IMG/VR virus record: IMGVR_UViG_3300035517_000173
Span: 4,346-68,345 of that record
Source: a virus
Lineage: Duplodnaviria; Caudoviricetes
Direction: 5' to 3' (one strand)
DNA: 64,000 bases
This document shows, in pieces, positions 20,323 through 29,866 of this stretch. How positions within the stretch are numbered: position 1 is the stretch's first letter; each line of letters begins with the position of its first letter. Both the position numbers and the translations under genes were made by a program. The notes under the pieces were generated by a model. That model was not told the origin of the DNA and did no database searches. It was given only the letters and a program-made list of their open reading frames with translations.

Positions 20323-20623
20323 CTCGTTTCTTTCCGGTCAAATGCAACTCTTGTATTTCGCTGTACATCTTTGTTATCATTCCGTTACCGCCTAAATCAT
20401 GGTATGCTTGATACATTTCTTCAAAATTCTGATAAGCGTAAGACGGTATTTTACCCATTTCCATGTATTTGTCGTGGTACTCGATAAGATGTACTCTCAA
20501 AAGAAGCATTGTTCCTTTTGCGTTCGCATCCCTATCTTTTTTCTGTTCTTTCAGCAGCCATACTATATAGCCAAGAATTACAGGGAGTGCAACCACAATA
20601 ATCTGCATCATGATGTCTTTCAT
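20303..20623 (-). CDS. Single-TM phage protein often adjacent to holins
   Basis: N-terminal TM; [11 protein letters not shown] motif. Confidence 0.7.
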   Translation of the reverse strand: MKDIMMQIIVVALPVILGYIVWLLKEQKKDRDANAKGTMLLLRVHLIEYHDKYMEMGKIPSYAYQNFEEMYQAYHDLGGNGMITKMYSEIQELHLTGKKRGAENEQ

Positions 20624-20726
20624 GTATTCAACCTCTAATCTTGTTTAAATTTCACCGCCCAACCACCGCCTATTGTGAAATACCCTTATGGCATGACACT
20701 GAATAGTGCCACGTCACGCACAACTG

Positions 20727-21125
20727 CTATATTTTTGCAAATGGGATAATTCCGGCAAAAAGTTTCGTCCTGTCCGTCATTGTCTGGCTAACTGAATTTT
20801 CGCTGTGGCTTGCTTCAAATTCCATCCCGACCATGTTGTAGTCGTACAACGCTAGGTTTCGTATGTTGGAGTAATAATCGTACAAGTCGCTGTCAATCAT
20901 GTCATCCGTATAACTGGTTGGATAACTTCTCGCCCTCTTTACTTCTCTGATTGCGTTTCGTATTTTTGAGAGCAGGAGTTTTTCATTGAAAAGTTCATCC
21001 TCTGACAGTTCATCTGTCAAATCTGCAACAAGTTCCTGTTCCAGTGTCAGTGACATTTCCACGTCAACTTCTTCCGTTTCGGTTTCCGTCAAGTCACTGC
21101 TGTCTACTGTCGTTTCTTCATCCAT
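20727..21125 (-). CDS. Head-tail adaptor (gp6/gp15-like)
   Basis: GMEFEASHSENSVSQT motif; position. Confidence 0.7.
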   Translation of the reverse strand: MDEETTVDSSDLTETETEEVDVEMSLTLEQELVADLTDELSEDELFNEKLLLSKIRNAIREVKRARSYPTSYTDDMIDSDLYDYYSNIRNLALYDYNMVGMEFEASHSENSVSQTMTDRTKLFAGIIPFAKI

Positions 21126-21143
21126 ACTCTCACTTCCTTTCCC

Positions 21144-21437
21144 TTATAGTCCGTAATGCTCAATCAGTTCTTTTTTTAAATCTGCACCGCTCTTGTTCTC
21201 CACGTCAGAAAGACCCTCTTTTGTGGCAAGGTCTTTCAGCTCTGCTGTGGATAAGCGGTTGATATCTGTTTTTGTATAACTCGCTTCTTTCGGTTCTTCC
21301 GGTGGGTCCATATGCTGTGGAAAATCAGTTTTTTCCTCTTCCTCATCACATTTAACCCATCCATTGTTTAAAAAGGCGGCAAGTTGGTGTTCATCCCTTA
21401 CCGCCATAGTTATGCTGTCTTTTTTTAGTCTAATCAC
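21144..21437 (-). CDS. Capsid-associated protein with Rho-N/HeH-like C-terminus
   Basis: INRLSTAELKDLA...KKELI. Confidence 0.65.
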   Translation of the reverse strand: MIRLKKDSITMAVRDEHQLAAFLNNGWVKCDEEEEKTDFPQHMDPPEEPKEASYTKTDINRLSTAELKDLATKEGLSDVENKSGADLKKELIEHYGL

Positions 21438-21459
21438 TATGGATTACCTCCACTTCTGA

Positions 21460-22311
21460 TTATTCTGCGCTCTTATGTACTGCGATTGCGTCTGCTTTCT
21501 TGTCAAGTACGAAAGCATCATAGCGAACTCTCGCTTCAACCAGTGCGCCACTGATACCCGGTGCATCATAGTTGATTTTGAACTCCTGCAACTTAACTGG
21601 AGAAGGTGTTGCAATCGGGTTTGTAATGAAGAAATCAACATTTTCCGGCATATAAGAAGTTGGAACTTTAATAGCCGGAACACCGTCAATATCACCAACG
21701 ATTCCGTTAATTGCCAACTGTGTAGCCATATCGCCCCACTTCGTAAAGTGGTCATCCAGTTTAATCTTGTTCAGATATGCCGGCGTAACAACTGCAATTC
21801 TGCCGCCCTGCGGTGCTTTGTCATCGTCAAGAATCTCCTGCAATGCAAGGAACTCCTCATATGCGTTAGCGGATGTTACAGCCTGTACCTTAATATGGCT
21901 CTGTCCGCTCACCTCTCCTGCTGTCGGTGCTTTGGAAACAATAACGCCGATTCTGTACTTATCCATTGCCGGAATAACAAGGTTGTCAATGTTCTCTGCA
22001 AGGGTAGCTGCTGCTTCCATTGTTCCGTTAGTGTCCTGCTCGCTCGCTGCGTCAATCGTGTAAGTAAATGACTTGTCCTGTGATACGGTCATTTCCTGCT
22101 CGGCATTTCCTAATTCGCCTGGGTCACCATAGCGGTTACTTCCGGTTGTCTTGTAGTCGTTCAGTGTTGCAAGATTTCTTGAGAACACTTTTACAGTTTT
22201 AACTCCAAGCCAATCAAAGCTATCGTTAATTAATGATTGCGTAAGTGAACCAAGTTTGAATCTCTCGTCTACGGTATCTGCGTACTTTGTTGCATAATTG
22301 ATTGTTGCCAT
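21460..22311 (-). CDS. Major capsid protein (HK97 fold)
   Basis: MATINYATKYADTVDERF...VEARVRYDAFVL; follows the scaffold gene. Confidence 0.9.
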   Translation of the reverse strand: MATINYATKYADTVDERFKLGSLTQSLINDSFDWLGVKTVKVFSRNLATLNDYKTTGSNRYGDPGELGNAEQEMTVSQDKSFTYTIDAASEQDTNGTMEAAATLAENIDNLVIPAMDKYRIGVIVSKAPTAGEVSGQSHIKVQAVTSANAYEEFLALQEILDDDKAPQGGRIAVVTPAYLNKIKLDDHFTKWGDMATQLAINGIVGDIDGVPAIKVPTSYMPENVDFFITNPIATPSPVKLQEFKINYDAPGISGALVEARVRYDAFVLDKKADAIAVHKSAE

Positions 22312-22327
22312 AAAATCTTACCTCCAA

Positions 22328-22942
22328 TTATTTGTTTGTTTTGAATCGTGGATTAACGGAACTAAAACCTTTTATAAAGGCGTCCTCCGGTTCTTCTCCG
22401 CTTCCATCTCCTGCCTGTACCTGCGGTCTGTTTTTAATGAACTCCGCTTCGTACTCTTTGCGTTTCCTTGCTTCTACTTCTGACATAATTTTTATTTTTG
22501 CTTCTTTGTCATCATCAACCTCTGCGATTGCCATTTTTTCAGCTTCGCTTGCTGTATACCCCATGATCCCGAGATATTCTTTTTCAAGTTTGAAAATCTT
22601 GTTTTCACGAACGGTCTTGTTCCATTCTTCTTCCCTTTCAGCCTCTTTCTCTGCTTTTTCAAGACTAGCCTTTTCCTTTTCAGAAAGAGTTGCGTTGTAT
22701 TTTCTCTTATACTCTGCCGCCTCGCTTGCTGCCTTTTCCTGCGCTTTCTTAACCTTTGCCAACTCATTCATCAGCTCTTGCACTGTTGGTTCTTTTGGTT
22801 CTGGCTCTGCTTTTGGTTCTTTCTTAGGTTCTACCTGCGGTTCTACACTAGGTTCTTCCTGCTGCTCCGGTGTAGGTTCTTGCGGTGATTCTGCGAAAAG
22901 CTGTAAGTTTACTGGAATTTTTGTTCTGTTTTCTTTACTCAT
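22328..22942 (-). CDS. Capsid scaffolding protein
   Basis: NLQLFAE motif; acidic coiled coil. Confidence 0.85.
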   Translation of the reverse strand: MSKENRTKIPVNLQLFAESPQEPTPEQQEEPSVEPQVEPKKEPKAEPEPKEPTVQELMNELAKVKKAQEKAASEAAEYKRKYNATLSEKEKASLEKAEKEAEREEEWNKTVRENKIFKLEKEYLGIMGYTASEAEKMAIAEVDDDKEAKIKIMSEVEARKRKEYEAEFIKNRPQVQAGDGSGEEPEDAFIKGFSSVNPRFKTNK

Positions 22943-23113
22943 TTTTGAATACCTCTACTTTCTGCGTTTTTGCGTGTTCCCTCACGATAATTTGCGTGAT
23001 TATAGACATTCCCTTGTCTTTTCATGTTTAAAATCTCTATGCGTTTTATTAACGTCAGTTCCCTCTGACATATAAAAAAGAGAGATACGATTTGTACCTC
23101 TCTTGATATCTGA

Positions 23114-24691
23114 TTATTCTTCCGGCTCTGACAATTCCTCATTGCTTCTTCCGTCCACAAACGGACTGTTCGTAATCTGTGCAAGCTGTCCACCGTCCGT
23201 ATTGTCCGGTTCACTTTCTTCTGCTTCTGATTTCCCCTTATCAAACAAGGATGATTGATATTTGTCAATCAGTTCTTTTGAATCGGCATATACTTGATTT
23301 ACGTCATCAAACAGATTGATTGCCTTTAGAGCGTGCATACCATCAATACCATGCGACACAAGATTTCCGAAACACGTTGATTTAGTGACCATTTCGTAGG
23401 TCTTTTGTCTCTTTATGTTCGGTTGCACATCACAGTACCTAAGTTGCAAAAGCGGACTGTCTGACGGAACATTGGAAGATTTCTTTATTGCTTCTAAAAC
23501 AACCTTTACTTCTTCCATCTTACAGCTTTCTATAATGTTCTGTTCCTTGCACGCTGCGGATTCAGCACCCTCCCATCCTGCCGCCTGTGATGTTGCCATC
23601 CCTGTTGAATTACTTGCGTCTGCTCTGTCTGGAACGTCACATTTCTGCAATATCAACGCTCTTTTAGAAAGTGCCATATCCATAATTCCTTGATAGTTAT
23701 AATCAGCGGTCAATGGTTTTACAAAAGGCGTTTTTCCATCGACTGACGTATACGTGAGTAACCAATCTCCGTTTCCCGGATGTTTGATATCTCCGTTTTC
23801 ATCTTTCGGAAAGTCAATATCATTTCCATGCCAAACGGCTTGTGTCTCTTGGTCTGTATCATTTAAAAAGTCGCTCCAAAGCAGATTTAAGTGATTCATT
23901 TCATCAATCTGTCTTTCAAAGCAACCCATTCTATCATGTGAGCGTTTCCATTCAATAATCGGTATTCTGCCTATCGGGTTCTTCTCACCGTTTCTGTCGC
24001 TTTCTTTCCATCGCTCCAAATTCACCCAGTCTCTTTTATTTTCTTTCACAGGCTGTTCATTTTGGAACTTCGCAAGATTTAAAATTTCAAATCTTTCATT
24101 CTTCGTAAAGCAAGTAAAATAGTAATTCCCGATTTCATCTTTCCGAAAAGTAACTCCAACCATAGGTCTGTGGTCGATGTAATAACTGGAATGAATGATA
24201 AAAGCACATCTAGGGTCAAGCACATTGACATTAAAATAACTGTCCCCGTCTGCATAATCTGTATTGATATCCACGAATGTATAACCAATTCCGCAAATCT
24301 CAATAAACCTTGCAAGCTGTTGTGTCTTTGACTTATTTCCGTCTGTCTCGTAACACTCATTCAGAAGTGATATGGCAAGAGTCTCATCCTCGCCACCGCT
24401 GTCTCTTTCCCCTCGCTGCACAAGTGTAATCGGGTTGCCCCAGTTAAAGCCAAGTTTAAACTCCGTAACTTCATTTGCCACATTGTCAACGCTCTGAAAA
24501 TCAATGTCCGGTCTGTATTTCTTTTCTTCTTTTCTTTGTAATGGCTGTTCTCCTGCCTCAAATCGAAGAAGAAAGTCACACTCACTTGCAACACCGGTAA
24601 AGACAGGCATTGCTTTTTGAAGTATCTGTATTATGTTTTTTTTCGTAATGACCGGAACATCCGTATATATTACTTTTCTTCCTCGATTCAT
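23114..24691 (-). CDS. Portal protein, SPP1 gp6-like
   Basis: 525 aa; GCFERQIDEMNHLN..SD, position after TerL. Confidence 0.88.
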   Translation of the reverse strand: MNRGRKVIYTDVPVITKKNIIQILQKAMPVFTGVASECDFLLRFEAGEQPLQRKEEKKYRPDIDFQSVDNVANEVTEFKLGFNWGNPITLVQRGERDSGGEDETLAISLLNECYETDGNKSKTQQLARFIEICGIGYTFVDINTDYADGDSYFNVNVLDPRCAFIIHSSYYIDHRPMVGVTFRKDEIGNYYFTCFTKNERFEILNLAKFQNEQPVKENKRDWVNLERWKESDRNGEKNPIGRIPIIEWKRSHDRMGCFERQIDEMNHLNLLWSDFLNDTDQETQAVWHGNDIDFPKDENGDIKHPGNGDWLLTYTSVDGKTPFVKPLTADYNYQGIMDMALSKRALILQKCDVPDRADASNSTGMATSQAAGWEGAESAACKEQNIIESCKMEEVKVVLEAIKKSSNVPSDSPLLQLRYCDVQPNIKRQKTYEMVTKSTCFGNLVSHGIDGMHALKAINLFDDVNQVYADSKELIDKYQSSLFDKGKSEAEESEPDNTDGGQLAQITNSPFVDGRSNEELSEPEE

Positions 24692-24702
24692 TCAGTACAC
24701 CT

Positions 24703-24897
24703 CTAGCAATAACATTTCCCGGAGCTAGTATTTCGCTCCGGTATTTTACACAATTTCGTCTCGTCGCTTATTGGATTGTAAACAACACGCTTTCTGCATT
24801 TTTTACAATTCACGCCTATAATCATTGTTGATTTTCCATCATAGGCAAATACTTTTCTTCCACATTGCGGACAATATATTGTTTTCGGTTCGCTCAT
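24703..24897 (-). CDS. Zinc-ribbon protein (start MSEPKTIYCPQCG)
   Basis: CPQC and CKKC; GAGG RBS at the second Met. Confidence 0.65.
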   Translation of the reverse strand: MSEPKTIYCPQCGRKVFAYDGKSTMIIGVNCKKCRKRVVYNPISDETKLCKIPERNTSSGKCYC

Positions 24898-25083
24898 ATA
24901 AACCTCATTTCTTTGCACAAAAGAAAAACGGCATCTATAAAAGACACCGTTCTCTCTCATTAGAAAGGATATTGAAAAAAACCAATGGGAACTTTTGGCT
25001 TTTTATCTATTTTAATACTAACACGGCACACAATATATCACAAGATGAAAAAGTATGCAAAAATATGTAAGCCTATGCACGTT

Positions 25084-25506
25084 TTATAAATATCCTCTTC
25101 CGTAAAGCCTTTCAAACTCCAATAAAGCCTCTCCATGCAGTGAAAATACTTTCCGCATACTCCAATGCGTCACTTCGGATATTTTTTTAAATGTAACGCA
25201 ATGAACATATCTCAAAGATAGAATCTGATAATAGTCACTGTTTTTGATTTCATCTATCTGTCGGACTATATGTTTTCTCTTTGCAAGAAAATCATCCACC
25301 AACATATCCATTTCATTCTCTAAGTCAACTATTTTTGCTACGGTCGAACCTAGCCTGTCCATTTCGTGTGTAGATTGTACTCTGTCACAATCATTCAATG
25401 CGGAAACACTGCACGCCATAGCTTTTAACTGGTATATCTCCGATAACTTATTTTGAACCATCTTATTTAGCCTGTTAATCTGCCCCAAGTATTGTTTTGT
25501 AGTCAT
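25084..25506 (-). CDS. RinA/ArpU-like late transcriptional activator
   Basis: MTTKQYLGQI...ILSLRYV...HGEAL sigma-region-4-like C-terminus. Confidence 0.75.
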   Translation of the reverse strand: MTTKQYLGQINRLNKMVQNKLSEIYQLKAMACSVSALNDCDRVQSTHEMDRLGSTVAKIVDLENEMDMLVDDFLAKRKHIVRQIDEIKNSDYYQILSLRYVHCVTFKKISEVTHWSMRKVFSLHGEALLEFERLYGRGYL

Positions 25507-25520
25507 CTTAAATCACTCCT

Positions 25521-28280
25521 CTATATTGGACTGGACATTATAATTGTTTCTTTTCTTCGCTGTTTTCTCGTTATCCGCACCGCAAAGTTTGAAAACACAT
25601 CCGGCACGTCATCTAACTGTTTCTTTCCACTTACGGAATATCTCATAAGCAGTGACATCATTACTCCGTATTGTTCGTTTGGCGTGTACATTGACTGGTC
25701 TTTGAATATAACGTGCTGCAATATCCAGTTTGAACACTGATATATTCTCGCTTCTTTGTTCGTTTCCGTCGGCGTGTCTGTTATATTGCAGATATGCCCC
25801 TTTTCCTCGACACGCTTGTTTACTTCCATTGCCACCCTGTCACCGCCTGCGTTTCGCTCAAAGTCACATTCCTGCATACCATGATGCACGATAAGGTTTG
25901 CAGAGTTCTCATACTGCAGCTCATAATCGGCGGTATTATCACAGACGCAGTCCACACAGTAATAATCTTCACCATATTTATACAGGCAAGGCAGTACAAA
26001 GTAGTCTGTTCCTTTTCCCTTTGTATCACATTGTCCGGTGATTATATCCGGCTCTCCATCCGGCAGATTAAGGTATCTCCTAATTTTATCTTCTGGAAAC
26101 AACAATCCCTCACGTTCTACCGGGTCTTGCTTATACAAACATCTGTAAGATATTTCATCCATGAGTAATTGTTGGTCTGCAAAAAATTCTTTTGTAAACC
26201 CACCGTATTCATAATCAAAATTACTTTCTCCGGTAACAGGGTCTATATCCGGCACAGATATAACCTTTACACGTTCATTTCCCTCATAGCTGCGAATTAT
26301 ACGACCAATAACATCATTTACCGACCATCTTGTGGCAATGTGTATCTCCTTGCAGTTCTTTCCGTCTGTGTCCTGTATCTTACGTTGTCTTGCGTCTACG
26401 GAATACTTATCCCACAACTTATTCAGCACAGCCGGATTAAGAGCTTCTTCGATACCGCCTATCATGTCATCCACCAGTAGAAACTTTGACGCTCTTACCT
26501 TACCTGCGTTCTTACTCCCGACGGATGTTGTCTGTAATGACGGGAACGGTTTGTATTTCCCGATATTAAACTGTTCCATCTTTGCGTTTGTAGAAGTTAT
26601 CTTTAAGTCCGGGAAAATCTCATTCCATGTATATTCATCGCTTGTCACAATGTCATATACACCGTCATAGTACATTCTTGTAATATCTCCGCTGTGGGAA
26701 TAGAAAAGAGTAAAATCTTTAGGATACCAACCTATGACGGCACTATTGAAAAACTTCTCGATTGTCGTATTATGGGTAATGATATAATCATCCGTAATAT
26801 ACAAATGGCAATCATCGTCAATCATTATGCACTGACATTCTTCTTTTCCTGCATATTCAACTCTTTTTATAAATCTCTTTACATTCTTTCTCTTTGGTTT
26901 ATATTTTTCTTTATGCCTAGTAAGATTGAAAACTGGTTCGCTATCCGCAAAAAACTGTATTGCAATTACATAGGCATCTTTGCATCGTATGTATTTCCCA
27001 TCTTTCTTATATCCTGCTTTCTTTTTCCTACAACTTGCATAGCCACCCAAAGAGTGAACAAGTTCAATAACATCTTCTGATAATTGTCTTGAGGTTGTGC
27101 AATACTCTATTCCTGTTTTCTGGCAATATCCATCTGTATCTAATAACCCTCTCAACAACCATAGTCTCTGTTCTTTTGAAGCATACATATATTCTTTCGG
27201 TACAAATTTCTCATGACTTCTTTTGCCGAACAACCCATACTTTTTCAAAGCAATGCTCACTAAACTTCCACACTTCGAATTGTTTCCCTCGTGCCCTTTT
27301 ACAACATAGTCATAATTTGATATATGCTTTAACTCATACCCTTTCGGCAAGAATTCATTCATTGCGTCCAACACTTCTTTGTCATTTGTTGAAAATCTTG
27401 TCTGACCACTGGATAAACCTCCATCTCCTAGCAAAGCACCCATTACATAAGGGTGCAGCAATAGATTTTTCTCGTTAAACTCAATAGGTTTCACATAATC
27501 AATCGAGTAATTTAATCGCTTGCCATTTTCAACTCGCAAATTATCAACAATTTCTTCTAAAGTTATTGTTCTTGTCTTATGTATCCCAGTTCTTGTTTCG
27601 CATTGTCTGTCGCATCTACTCTGTACAGTAAACAAATGGTCTTTTGAACACCTACACTTAGAGCCGTCATCCAAATATACGTCATACAACTCTTTTACTC
27701 CTTGCGGATACACTCCGATTACATTCGCAACATTACCATTCGCAGCGATAACCTTATCCCCTACCTTTAATGACGAATTTTTCACAAATCCATCCGGCGT
27801 GAGGACTTTAGAATCCATACTCAAAGCCTTGCCTGCACCGGGAACTAGGGATATACACAATATGTCGTATTCGTCATCAATCATGCCTTGTAGTGCCTGT
27901 GTCAATCCCATTTTGATAAATTGTTTTCTCTTTGGTGCGTAAAACCGTTCTTTGTACTCACGATTCTTCTCAAGGTAAAGAAAATAACTGTCAACCCATT
28001 TGTTCTGTGCCTCAAAAAGCATTGCCTCCCAGTATAAATTACCGTAGTCCTCATTCTGCGTCTGGATATGAAGTGCCTGTGCTGCTTGTTTAATGTATGT
28101 AGTCCATTTGAAACAAAAATCACGTTCTGCATAATTCTCATTCAGAAGTCCTATGCACATATCTAACAATCCTCGCAGTTTGTCAAGGTCAACGCCGTCT
28201 TTCTTGATAGCGTCTCTTAAAGTTTGTATGGCGTGTTTGTATTGATTTTCTGATTCTGACATAGAAAAATGGAACACCAC
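25521..28280 (-). CDS. terL: Terminase large subunit (intein-containing)
   Basis: Walker A PGAGK|TT split by an intein; LLVDD Walker B; nuclease DTKGKGTDY...DDVPD. Confidence 0.9.
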   Translation of the reverse strand: MVFHFSMSESENQYKHAIQTLRDAIKKDGVDLDKLRGLLDMCIGLLNENYAERDFCFKWTTYIKQAAQALHIQTQNEDYGNLYWEAMLFEAQNKWVDSYFLYLEKNREYKERFYAPKRKQFIKMGLTQALQGMIDDEYDILCISLVPGAGKALSMDSKVLTPDGFVKNSSLKVGDKVIAANGNVANVIGVYPQGVKELYDVYLDDGSKCRCSKDHLFTVQSRCDRQCETRTGIHKTRTITLEEIVDNLRVENGKRLNYSIDYVKPIEFNEKNLLLHPYVMGALLGDGGLSSGQTRFSTNDKEVLDAMNEFLPKGYELKHISNYDYVVKGHEGNNSKCGSLVSIALKKYGLFGKRSHEKFVPKEYMYASKEQRLWLLRGLLDTDGYCQKTGIEYCTTSRQLSEDVIELVHSLGGYASCRKKKAGYKKDGKYIRCKDAYVIAIQFFADSEPVFNLTRHKEKYKPKRKNVKRFIKRVEYAGKEECQCIMIDDDCHLYITDDYIITHNTTIEKFFNSAVIGWYPKDFTLFYSHSGDITRMYYDGVYDIVTSDEYTWNEIFPDLKITSTNAKMEQFNIGKYKPFPSLQTTSVGSKNAGKVRASKFLLVDDMIGGIEEALNPAVLNKLWDKYSVDARQRKIQDTDGKNCKEIHIATRWSVNDVIGRIIRSYEGNERVKVISVPDIDPVTGESNFDYEYGGFTKEFFADQQLLMDEISYRCLYKQDPVEREGLLFPEDKIRRYLNLPDGEPDIITGQCDTKGKGTDYFVLPCLYKYGEDYYCVDCVCDNTADYELQYENSANLIVHHGMQECDFERNAGGDRVAMEVNKRVEEKGHICNITDTPTETNKEARIYQCSNWILQHVIFKDQSMYTPNEQYGVMMSLLMRYSVSGKKQLDDVPDVFSNFAVRITRKQRRKETIIMSSPI
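26769..27827 (-). mobile_element. 353-aa intein with LAGLIDADG homing endonuclease
   Basis: Starts ALSMDSKVLTPDG, ends CQCIMID...IITHN before Thr; MGALLGDGG and LRGLLDTDG motifs. Confidence 0.92.
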
Positions 28281-28366
28281 CTTTCAAAATTAAAAAGTAA
28301 TGCTCCATTTTGCATTGATACATACGCTCCATCATGCGTATGCCTTAGATGTTTAGTAATTTCGTT

Positions 28367-28789
28367 TTAATACTCCGAACCATTGTTCAGATTTTCATAT
28401 TTTACAATTCCATTGTCAATATATATCAATGTCGGCTTTTCTGATTCTTCATACCGCATATATCCGATAAACTCATCTGTTTCTATATACGGACTTATGA
28501 AGTCCAAAAAATTTTCTATTTCTGAATCATAATTTTTCAGATTGCTTCTCACATTCAAGTGATATTGACCATCTATATCGTTATATTCCATTTTACTATC
28601 TGATATGCTGTCAAAATAAAAACTGTCACCAGTTAAAACCATTCTGTGTCTAGGACAACCAAATAATTCGTGGTCTATGCAAGGTTTTTCTTTTGTTTCA
28701 CACAACAAATACTTAACAGCGTCTATTATTTCTTTTGGCGTATCCTCTTTAAAAGCAACGCCAATATTTAACTCTGTATACATTCCCAT
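28367..28789 (-). CDS. Conserved phage hypothetical protein
   Basis: MGMYTE...IGYMRYEE; good RBS. Confidence 0.75.
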   Translation of the reverse strand: MGMYTELNIGVAFKEDTPKEIIDAVKYLLCETKEKPCIDHELFGCPRHRMVLTGDSFYFDSISDSKMEYNDIDGQYHLNVRSNLKNYDSEIENFLDFISPYIETDEFIGYMRYEESEKPTLIYIDNGIVKYENLNNGSEY

Positions 28790-29064
28790 TATAAATCACA
28801 CATCCCTTCTGCTATATACGATTCCATTGTTGCGATTTCATCCGTTGTCAACTCATTTGAGACATTAAGTATATTCAATATTTCTTCACAAAACTTTTTC
28901 ATTATCGGGCTTTCCGTTTTACTATACATTTCATTTACCGTAGAAATAACCTGTTCGACACGCACAAGAAATTCTTCAAGTGGAAGTCCATTCACTTCTA
29001 AGTCTTTTTTCGCTCTATCAGCAACTTCCTTCGCCATTTCTTGTATCGTTGGAAATTTAGCCAT
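28789..29064 (-). CDS. Hypothetical protein
   Basis: Coupled ORF. Confidence 0.65.
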   Translation of the reverse strand: MAKFPTIQEMAKEVADRAKKDLEVNGLPLEEFLVRVEQVISTVNEMYSKTESPIMKKFCEEILNILNVSNELTTDEIATMESYIAEGMCDL

Positions 29065-29657
29065 TATTTACGCTCCTTTCCGTTCCATTCAAAACCAAAG
29101 TCTGTACGTTTAATCTTGCATTTAGGTTCATTATCCAGCCAAAATACAATGCCCTCTATGTAGTTATCATGGAGATATTGCTTTATGCCATCAAATGTAC
29201 GCTCGACTTCAATGATGTTTTCTCCATGCTTTACTAACTGGTCACTTTTAAAATTATATGGATTGCCTTGAAAATGCTTTCCAACCGCCTCATATGTTCC
29301 ATCCGGCAACTGCAACCCTTGATTACTCCACATTGAAGTTATATATTCAGCTTCAACAAACCACTTGTCAGCCGGATTATTCCTATCGCATTTTACCCAA
29401 CAAGGCATATGTCCTGTCACTTTGTCCGGCTCATCTTGACACTTAATAGCACCGTCTGGTATCGGTTTTCCATTTTTAGCGTCATATCGTTTATATAACT
29501 TTCTGTTGATAATGGCACAGCATGAACCATCCCATTTCACCGTTGCAACTCCCTCGCCATCAAGAACCCACTCCATTCCACCTGTGACGTTTGGAAGTAT
29601 GTCAACGATTTTGTGATTCTCATAAACTCTCTCAAACAATGTTGGTATTTTCTTCAT
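29064..29657 (-). CDS. DUF5565/RLIG1-like RNA ligase (nucleotidyltransferase)
   Basis: MKKIPTLF, ATVKWDGSCC (KxDG adenylation motif), GTYEAVG, EGIVF, CKIKRTDFG. Confidence 0.75.
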   Translation of the reverse strand: MKKIPTLFERVYENHKIVDILPNVTGGMEWVLDGEGVATVKWDGSCCAIINRKLYKRYDAKNGKPIPDGAIKCQDEPDKVTGHMPCWVKCDRNNPADKWFVEAEYITSMWSNQGLQLPDGTYEAVGKHFQGNPYNFKSDQLVKHGENIIEVERTFDGIKQYLHDNYIEGIVFWLDNEPKCKIKRTDFGFEWNGKERK

Positions 29658-29800
29658 CTTGCCACCACCTTTTTGCTTATTTCCGCAATACTAACTCCAT
29701 TTGCTGACTTCCTTATCTCGCAATCTTTCCCTCTCGCAATGATTTTCGCTATGTTCTCTGCCTGTTCCACAATTTTCAGTTTCAATTCCCTCTGCGTCAT
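29654..29800 (-). CDS. 48-aa small protein (not in ORF track)
   Basis: MTQRELKLKIVEQAENIAKIIARGKDCEIRKSANGVSIAEISKKVVAR; ATGA overlap with the next gene. Confidence 0.65.
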   Translation of the reverse strand: MTQRELKLKIVEQAENIAKIIARGKDCEIRKSANGVSIAEISKKVVAR

Positions 29801-29866
29801 AAATAAACTCACTCCTAATTATTTTTGCAAACTGTTCATCCGTCAGTTTCATTGCCCTTGCTATAC

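Noticed and set aside
22939-23268. Minor head (SPP1 gp7-like) gene between portal and scaffold
   Set aside because: The track ORF overlaps the portal and looks spurious; the gap holds only a hairpin and the scaffold leader.
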